DNA of 52,768 nucleotides from a virus (Duplodnaviria; Caudoviricetes): IMG/VR virus record IMGVR_UViG_3300006919_000075, positions 1 to 52,768 of that record; one strand, 5' to 3'. Shown piece by piece: positions 46,705 to 52,768 of this stretch (position 1 is its first letter; each line of letters starts with the position of its first letter). The notes under the pieces were generated by a model. It saw only the letters and a program-made list of their open reading frames with translations, ran no database searches and was not told where the DNA came from. The position numbers and the translations under genes were made by a program.

Positions 46705-47330
46705 AACGGTAGATCCGTATCTCGTTGAGAGGCTATTCGCGGTAACACGCAATAGGCGTTAAGGTGAGGGTAGGTATCCACAAGCATCTGTTGGTCGATG
46801 CGACCTCGCATGAGCTTGTTTGTCTCTAGGAGAATGTCGAGGGCCTGTCGTCTGATCGTGTAGAAATGGAGGCACTGGCCGAATCCACGATAGATGGACT
46901 CGCTCATCTGAGTCATCTGGGTTGTCTCTGTTGACCCAACGCAACAGGCGCCCCAATTGATAAAATTCCAATCTGGATCGATCGCGCCTATGTCTTCGAC
47001 CACGTCGCCGTAGACGTCTGACCAGCCGTCATTAAGCCACACGTCGTCCTCGACAATATCCCAGCACTTTTCAGACGGATGTCGCTCGGCTGAGTTTTTG
47101 AGCGATGACCACAGATGCCAATGGGTCAGATTCTGTCCGATGTAGGCTCCTCGGATCTCGCCTGGATCCATTAAGTATTTCAGATTTGGCACCTGGCGGG
47201 TCTTCAAGCCTCTGCCAGGGTATCCGAAAAAATAACTCCAAGACGGGCAGTGGCGGTCTTTCAGGTGGGCCTCACACGCCCTGAGCTTATCATGGTGCTG
47301 ATTCCAATGAGTCACTATGATCGGGATCAT
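46701..47330 (-). CDS. GT25-like glycosyltransferase
   Basis: G..LTH..LW, IVEDDV, DWNFINWG, ID. Confidence 0.75.
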   Translation of the reverse strand: MIPIIVTHWNQHHDKLRACEAHLKDRHCPSWSYFFGYPGRGLKTRQVPNLKYLMDPGEIRGAYIGQNLTHWHLWSSLKNSAERHPSEKCWDIVEDDVWLNDGWSDVYGDVVEDIGAIDPDWNFINWGACCVGSTETTQMTQMSESIYRGFGQCLHFYTIRRQALDILLETNKLMRGRIDQQMLVDTYPHLNAYCVLPRIASQRDTDLPL

Positions 47331-48268
47331 GCCGCCTCCTTCTTTCGATTCCTAGAGATTTGATAATTGGCGGTCTTAGCTGCTTCTAGAAGTAGACGGG
47401 CTTCTCCGCTGTCGACTATAGCTTTTCGGTATTTTAGATACCACGACTTTGCTTCGTTTTGCACGAAGGGTGAGTGTTCGCCTTGCCACTCAAGCGAGCA
47501 CAGACGTGCAACCAGATTTGCGAGCCGGACGTCTTCGTAAGAACCGAAATGGCGTGTGATGCCGTTTTGGATTTTCACCTGCCATTTATTATCGCGCGTA
47601 TGCCACGAGACGTTATTCACATCTCCTCGATCGCCTATTTTGAACTTTGCGTTCGCGTTGTTCGCTGCGCGTGGGACCGCCCGTATTTCTGAATCCCGGT
47701 TGTCTAACCTGTCATGATGGATATGGTCGATGAATCTCGGGTCGTCGAGAGACTCGATCTCGCCTTTCCACAGCGAGCAGAGACGTTGTAGGTGGATCTT
47801 TTTGCCATCAAAATCTACCTGCACGTAGCCATCAGCATTTAGGCTGAGGTGCTGCACCGATACGAGGGCGAGCGCCTCCTCTCGGTTCGTCATTTTGACG
47901 AGAGCGCCGCAGTTAGTGGTCACATGCAACTCGTCATCGCAACGAATTATTTTGTCCGCTGGGAACACGAGATTGGATCGTATGGAGGTCAACACGTCCC
48001 CGTTAAAATAGTGGACATTCGCTTTCGGGTGCTGCTTGTAGAAAGATTTTGCCAAGGTGGACAGATACCCGTCGCGCCCGTCGATCCAAGTCTTGAGTGC
48101 GCAGACTCTGTTGGCCTTGGATAGTTTCGCTGTAAACGTAATTCCCGGCTTTTTATTTTGCAGCCACTCGAAAAAATCGGAGTCGACCTCAATATGGGTT
48201 CGGCCAGAGAGGGCAATTGGGTGTTTGCTAGCGTTAGATATGGCTATCAGTGAGGTGGTTGTTTTCAT
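47327..48268 (-). CDS. HNH homing endonuclease with AP2-like domain and a degenerate N-terminal HNH copy
   Basis: IDHIHHDRLDNRDSEIR; VSW...KWQVKI...HFGSYED; VHYFNGDVLTSIRSNL. Confidence 0.8.
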   Translation of the reverse strand: MKTTTSLIAISNASKHPIALSGRTHIEVDSDFFEWLQNKKPGITFTAKLSKANRVCALKTWIDGRDGYLSTLAKSFYKQHPKANVHYFNGDVLTSIRSNLVFPADKIIRCDDELHVTTNCGALVKMTNREEALALVSVQHLSLNADGYVQVDFDGKKIHLQRLCSLWKGEIESLDDPRFIDHIHHDRLDNRDSEIRAVPRAANNANAKFKIGDRGDVNNVSWHTRDNKWQVKIQNGITRHFGSYEDVRLANLVARLCSLEWQGEHSPFVQNEAKSWYLKYRKAIVDSGEARLLLEAAKTANYQISRNRKKEAA

Positions 48269-48281
48269 GCGGAAAAAAGAA

Positions 48282-48375
48282 CGCGCCCCTCTCATTTTGA
48301 CGGGACAACCACCAAGCCAGACCATCAGAAGACCCGCTGGAACTATGCAACCAGCGAGATTTTGAGAAGGGCGCG
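48282..48375 (-). promoter_or_regulatory. Long stem-loop upstream of the second HNH gene
   Basis: CGCGCCCCTCTCA (48282-94) pairs with TGAGAAGGGCGCG (48363-75), the one mismatch being G-U on the minus strand; inner CGCTGG/CCAGCG. Confidence 0.5.
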
Positions 48376-48434
48376 AAAATTAAAAGGTTTAGCATGACTT
48401 GGTGTATTGCTGAAACTAATGTAGCCCAAAAGCC

Positions 48435-49691
48435 TCACGGACGCAAGTCCGCGTCGACGAGATTCGCAATTTGACCACGCTTGGCCTCCAGGTTCCGCCG
48501 AATTTTTTCCTCCACCGACCCCTTGACGATGGGCACAACAAAGCGCACATCAGATTTTGATCCATCTCGATAGGTGCGACCAGTGGCCTGTATGAAGTTG
48601 GTAGCCGAATCGGTCAGATTGAGAATCGAGGTGCGTGGACGCTCGCCCGAAAGATCCTGTAGGTTCAGCCCTGCGCCGCCCGACTGGTAATTCACCACGA
48701 GCACGTCCAGCAGCCCCCGCTGGAAGTCTTTGGGGTCACATTTCTCAACGCCATCAATGCGCCCCACCTTCCTCTTTGCTTTTCTGTGAAGCGCGGCGAG
48801 GGATTCAGACGAATCCTGGAAGCTGACGAAATGAATGACTGATTGGCCTGCCGCCAGAAACTCCTCCCCGAGCTCGAATAGGGACTGCAGCTTCTCGTGC
48901 TCAATCTTCTGTCGCAGCCGCAGTCGCTTTGTGAGCGCGGAAGGCGTCTCTTGAGCTAACTCTTCCAGTAGGTCGGCGTATGCCGCATTCAACGCTCTGA
49001 GATCTCCCACCTCAATGCTCCGCGTTTGCTCGTGCAGCTCCGGTAAATCGCCTACCTCGGCAATCCGGACGCGATCCATCTTGCCCTCCAGCATTCCGTT
49101 GATGTCGCGCATCGTGGCTTCTCCACCGACGTAGTCCAGTCCGCCGAAGCGGCCCTGCACGCAGCCGTGCCGCAAGCACCAATCCCAATGATTATTCCGG
49201 TGAAATACCCGAAGGGCGTGTCCGATGCCCTTCATTTGAAAGGGATTTTCAAAGGGTGTCGCTGAAAGCATCAGGGTGAGAAACCCTTGATCGACGCAGT
49301 CAATCAGCATCTTTGTCTGATAGGCTTTTGGATTCCGAGCATTGTGGATTTCATCAAATATCCAGAGCACTTCCTTCCGATTGAAGTCGAACCTATAGGA
49401 TTTGTGGGTATTTCCTGACCGATAGAGGTTCGGGGCAGTGCCTCGAACCGCTTTTTGCCAGGATTCGCAGAAGACAACCTCGACTCCGACCGCTTTTGCG
49501 GCCTCGATCCACTGGGGTTTCGTTATCGCGGGGCACACAATCCCAGCTTTCGCGCCGATTTCTTTCGCCACAAACAGGGCTTTGATGGTCTTCCCGGTCC
49601 CCATATCGCTGCAATCGAGCGCAGATCCGGTTGTCGCGAGACTGTTTTTTAGGGTTTGGACTCCTGATTTTTGGTAATCTCGTAGCTGCAT
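48435..49691 (-). CDS. SNF2-family (SF2) helicase
   Basis: LRDYQ, DMGTGKT, FDEIH, LSATP, GGAGLNLQ, QATGRTYR. Confidence 0.92.
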   Translation of the reverse strand: MQLRDYQKSGVQTLKNSLATTGSALDCSDMGTGKTIKALFVAKEIGAKAGIVCPAITKPQWIEAAKAVGVEVVFCESWQKAVRGTAPNLYRSGNTHKSYRFDFNRKEVLWIFDEIHNARNPKAYQTKMLIDCVDQGFLTLMLSATPFENPFQMKGIGHALRVFHRNNHWDWCLRHGCVQGRFGGLDYVGGEATMRDINGMLEGKMDRVRIAEVGDLPELHEQTRSIEVGDLRALNAAYADLLEELAQETPSALTKRLRLRQKIEHEKLQSLFELGEEFLAAGQSVIHFVSFQDSSESLAALHRKAKRKVGRIDGVEKCDPKDFQRGLLDVLVVNYQSGGAGLNLQDLSGERPRTSILNLTDSATNFIQATGRTYRDGSKSDVRFVVPIVKGSVEEKIRRNLEAKRGQIANLVDADLRP

Positions 49692-49704
49692 AGTGGGGTT
49701 ACTA

Positions 49705-49713
49705 TGTCAGACA
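49705..49713. promoter_or_regulatory. TGTCAGACA palindrome upstream of the helicase / replication operon
   Basis: 13 nt upstream of the ATG at 49691. Confidence 0.55.
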
Positions 49714-49741
49714 AGTGGTCGATTTCAAGGAGGAAATCGGG

Positions 49742-50152
49742 TGGTTAAAGACAAAATCGTCTTTAACCAATGGGCAAAAACCCCAGTAAAACGATGGTTA
49801 AAGACGCGGCTGATTTTTGTCTTTAACCACTTTTGGTAGGCAAATTTTGCCTAGTGCTGAAAAAATGCGACGACGAAGGTCAGACACACTCGCTCGATCT
49901 CGTCCCGAAAATGGGAAAATGGGTGGAAAACCATGGTTTTGGTTAAGGTCGGTTAGGGTCAAAATTTGTCTTTAACCATCGACTTTGGCCTTTATTCATG
50001 CGGGTTTCGTGGACCTTGTGGTTACGGTTACGATAGTGTTGTTTTCTTATATACGAGAAACTGAAATACGAAATTTATTTCGTGTTTAATTTTCCTATAT
50101 ATAGAATGTTACCGTCTTTAACCGTAACCACGTAGCCGCTACGCGGCTACGT
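49742..50152. other. Putative replication origin: GTCTTTAACC repeats in both orientations, AT-rich tract and hairpin
   Basis: TGGTTAAAGAC at 49742 and 49795; GTCTTTAACC at 49759, 49819, 49968 and 50114; AT-rich ~50040-50110; ACGTAGCCGC-tac-GCGGCTACGT at 50130-52. Confidence 0.6.
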
Positions 50153-50256
50153 AGGACACAGTTAAAATCTGCTTTGGTAAGGATCTATTAGGTAATAGCT
50201 GACGCGAGTAACATGGCGACCTTGACCTCGTCAAGCCAATCAGGTAAATTTATCAC

Positions 50257-50472
50257 ATGGCGAATTCACCCTCTTCTGGTTCATCCTTTTCTCCCCGACC
50301 TCACATCCTCCACGAGGCGGAGGACTCGGATCTCTCGTCACCGAGTCCTTCGCCATCTCCTGGATCCGACCTATCGGCTCGAGACGCCCTCAAGGTCGAG
50401 CTCGTTCTCCTTCATAGGGCACTTAATCGCATCATAGGTCGCCTAGAGGACGTTCTTGACGAAATGAAGTGA
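50257..50472 (+). CDS. Hypothetical protein
   Basis: 71 aa; S/P-rich N-terminus and amphipathic C-terminal helix. Confidence 0.45.
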   Translation: MANSPSSGSSFSPRPHILHEAEDSDLSSPSPSPSPGSDLSARDALKVELVLLHRALNRIIGRLEDVLDEMK

Positions 50473-50696
50473 GCTACAGGGACCAGAATGCCTTTTTTTA
50501 CCATTGCGTATCGACCTAGGAGCGCGTTTCACCTTTTCCGAGGGTCATGAGACCAGGATTCTCCCAAAACGCGGTTTTACGGCCTTTTTGAAAGCCCGAC
50601 CTTTTAAAATCGATTCTTTGCCCTCTCGGAACGACCTAGAATGCCTTTTGGGCAGTTGACGGCATGAATTTTCTCTGCGAGATTATCCCGCATCCT

Positions 50697-50993
50697 ATGA
50701 AAGATCTTTTTGAACCTGGGCACGTCTACAAAGTCACGCAGGGCAAACGGCACCAAGTCCTACGCAGGGAGGGGCGGGTGGTTCTCGCTGAGTCATCACC
50801 TTGTGGTTTTGAGGTCTTCCGCCTTAAGCACAACCACGCTCGCGTGATAGCAGGCAACTCGATCGAAGAGTCTATGGGTCCGCCTTCGAATAACGAATGG
50901 GGATCGCCTCGAGGCGTGACGGTGATGGACAAGGCACGGGCAGAAGCTCGATTTGCTGAATGGGTTTCTCAAGATAATGAAATCACTCACTAA
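50697..50993 (+). CDS. Hypothetical phage protein
   Basis: FEVF...E...PSNNEWG...A..RF; start 50697 or 50664. Confidence 0.65.
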   Translation: MKDLFEPGHVYKVTQGKRHQVLRREGRVVLAESSPCGFEVFRLKHNHARVIAGNSIEESMGPPSNNEWGSPRGVTVMDKARAEARFAEWVSQDNEITH

Positions 50994-51411
50994 AGTTCCA
51001 GAAATTCAGGCGCGTCGGCGAGCAAAAGGGCTCCTTGACCAAGGGCACTCTGTCGACGAGGTCGCTGAGTTGCTCGCGATTAAGCCTAGGGAGATCAAGG
51101 GCTGGATCAGAAAATATGAGTGGGCTTCCCCGACCCCGGCTGAGTTGTCTCTACCGGTCGCGGACGATGATGTCTCGGATGAATTCCATCGGCTAATGAG
51201 CCGGGACTGCATCGACACATTGCACCAGATCCGTAGGCTCCCGAAGACTGCGGATATCGATGATCTGCTCAAGCTCGAGCGGATCAAAGAGCTTTTGAGT
51301 AAGCGTGCGGAGCGCGAGCTCGATCGGAACGCCGATAAGCAGACGGCGGCAGCAAAGACCGTGATCAACATAGCGGCACTTCGCGAATTCGGCACGGGAG
51401 GGGTGCGATGA
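50977..51411 (+). CDS. HTH protein, terminase small subunit-like
   Basis: RAKGLLDQGHSVDEVAELLAIKPREIKGWIRKYEW matches the terminase-associated HTH pattern; C-terminal VINI. Confidence 0.6.
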   Translation: MKSLTKVPEIQARRRAKGLLDQGHSVDEVAELLAIKPREIKGWIRKYEWASPTPAELSLPVADDDVSDEFHRLMSRDCIDTLHQIRRLPKTADIDDLLKLERIKELLSKRAERELDRNADKQTAAAKTVINIAALREFGTGGVR

Positions 51412-52358
51412 GAGTCTTCGTAGCGGGGCATACTGGATTAGTCGGTCGAGCGGTGGTCGAGGCGCTAGAAGCCAGCCCGATCATGGAGCCGGTGGTCCCG
51501 AAAAAGAGAGTGGACTACCGCGATCAACGAGATACCCGAGAGCTTCTTAACGACCTGGCTCCTGACGCGGTCGTGGTCGCCGCGGCTCATGTTGGGGGCA
51601 TCCTTGCCAATTCTTCAGATCGGGTCGCTTTTAGTTTAGAAAACACCCTCATCTCCACCAATCTGATTTCTGCTGCGGCTGCGGTTCGCGTTCGCAAGCT
51701 CGTCAACTTGAGCTCGTCCTGCGTCTACCCTCGGCATTGTCAACAGCCGATGAAGGAGGAGCACCTGCTGTCGGGGCACCCGGAGCCGTCTAACCAACCG
51801 TATGCGCTCGCGAAGCTCAACGCGATGGAGTTGGTCAATGCCTATAGAGACGATCGGGGCTTGGACTATTTTTCGCTGGTCCCTCCGAATCTATTCGGGG
51901 CGCATGATAATTTCTGTCTCCGGTCAGGGCACTTTATCCCGGCGGCTTTCCACAAGATATGGGAGGCGAGCAGGAGTGTCCAAAGGGAGGCGCGATTTTG
52001 GGGCACGGGCAACGTCCTGCGGGAGTTCATGCTTGCGGATGATCTCGCGAGCGCGATCGTGCATTTTTTGGATTCGGCCCCCGGCAATGTTCCTCCGGTG
52101 GTCAATGTTGGAACCGGAGTCGAGATGAGTCTCCTTCGTGCGGCGTCCGCTATCGCGAAGCACAAGGAGGTCGTTGTGAAGTTCGATCAGGACACGTCAA
52201 TGGAGGGGATGCCGCGAAAAGTCATGGACTCTTCGATCGCACACTCTACTGGATGGTCTCCACGTTACACTTTCGAGGAGGGAGTTTCGCGGGTATGGGA
52301 TTGGCTCCATTCAACTGACAAACAATCCATTCGCTTAGGTTCAAGTTCGCTTCGGTAG
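51408..52358 (+). CDS. fcl: GDP-L-fucose synthase (GDP-4-keto-6-deoxymannose epimerase/reductase)
   Basis: AGHTGLVG, AAHVGGILAN, SSCVYP, YALAK, NLFG.HDNF, WGTG..LREF, NVGTG, GMPRK. Confidence 0.95.
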   Translation: MRVFVAGHTGLVGRAVVEALEASPIMEPVVPKKRVDYRDQRDTRELLNDLAPDAVVVAAAHVGGILANSSDRVAFSLENTLISTNLISAAAAVRVRKLVNLSSSCVYPRHCQQPMKEEHLLSGHPEPSNQPYALAKLNAMELVNAYRDDRGLDYFSLVPPNLFGAHDNFCLRSGHFIPAAFHKIWEASRSVQREARFWGTGNVLREFMLADDLASAIVHFLDSAPGNVPPVVNVGTGVEMSLLRAASAIAKHKEVVVKFDQDTSMEGMPRKVMDSSIAHSTGWSPRYTFEEGVSRVWDWLHSTDKQSIRLGSSSLR

Positions 52359-52458
52359 CTGCCTTCACGTAGAGGGCTTTCTCTTCGGGTAGGCATCGGA
52401 AGGCCACTCGTCCAATTTTCGGATTGTCATCGTCTCGCGTGCGAGTCATTGTCGTCAT
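52246..52458 (-). CDS. Ribbon-helix-helix DNA-binding protein
   Basis: RVAFRCLPEEKALYVKAATEANLNLSEWI is a typical RHH (MobC/HicB-like) pattern; overlaps the fcl 3' end convergently. Confidence 0.7.
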   Translation of the reverse strand: MTTMTRTRDDDNPKIGRVAFRCLPEEKALYVKAATEANLNLSEWIVCQLNGANPIPAKLPPRKCNVETIQ

Positions 52459-52477
52459 CCCCGTTGCCTAGTTTAAA

Positions 52478-52488
52478 TTGTCAGACAA
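52478..52488. promoter_or_regulatory. TTGTCAGACAA palindrome upstream of the RHH gene
   Basis: ~20 nt upstream of ATG 52458; flanked on the minus strand by TTGATT and TAAACT. Confidence 0.6.
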
Positions 52489-52666
52489 ATCAACAGCTAA
52501 ATTTTTGCGCGGCGTCCCCGAGGTTAAAAACATTTTACTGGCCCCCTACTTCTCTAAAATAAATTGCGCGTGGTCCTGGCCTTTTAAAAGAGAAGTAACT
52601 AGACGCCTAGGTCTTGAGTATTACTACTGTCAACATCTTAAAAGTAGCTCGACTTGTTGAAATATT

Positions 52667-52768
52667 GGACTCGATATGGACTCGATATGGACTCGATATG
52701 GACTCGATATGGACTCGATATGGACTCGATATGGACTCGATATGGACTCGATATGGACTCGATATGGA
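52667..52768. repeat. 11-bp tandem repeat (GGACTCGATAT)n, right end, same orientation as the left end
   Basis: 9 perfect units plus GGA running to the window edge. Confidence 0.98.

Noticed and set aside
1-52768. Stop-codon reassignment, tRNA/rRNA genes, integrase
   Set aside because: Long genes are intact in code 11 and end in all three stops; no tRNA, rRNA or recombinase motif was recognised by eye (tRNAscan not run)

Overview
The window looks like a complete or near-complete ~52.8-kb tailed phage genome with podovirus-like architecture: no tape measure or sheath gene, large ejection-type proteins and tail tubular-type genes. Both ends carry the same 11-bp tandem repeat. From left to right it holds a leftward early module (~217-3016) and a rightward accessory module (HNH-AP2, DUF1353, an Sm-like small protein, Lar-like zinc fingers, papain-like peptidase, dNMP kinase). 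Next come tail, ejection, terminase, portal, scaffold and capsid genes, with a glycosyltransferase/methyltransferase/glycosidase cassette inserted among them. A leftward replication module follows (primase-helicase, RuvC-like, PolA, SSB-like, Cas4-like nuclease, a second glyco cassette, HNH-AP2, SNF2 helicase), then a repeat-rich putative origin, GDP-L-fucose synthase and an RHH regulator. The most unusual element is an array of 13 translationally coupled micro-ORFs in two blocks (5336-6969 and 8065-9017). Each has a conserved ~12-aa MNAxxxRxG leader fused to a hypervariable (Ser-X)n tail. All 12 start-to-start spacings are 5 mod 6, and the array lies directly behind a putative Sm/LSm-fold gene. 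A TGTC-W-GACA palindrome sits upstream of four gene starts and may be the RHH operator. All family assignments come from motif recognition by eye; no database search was run.
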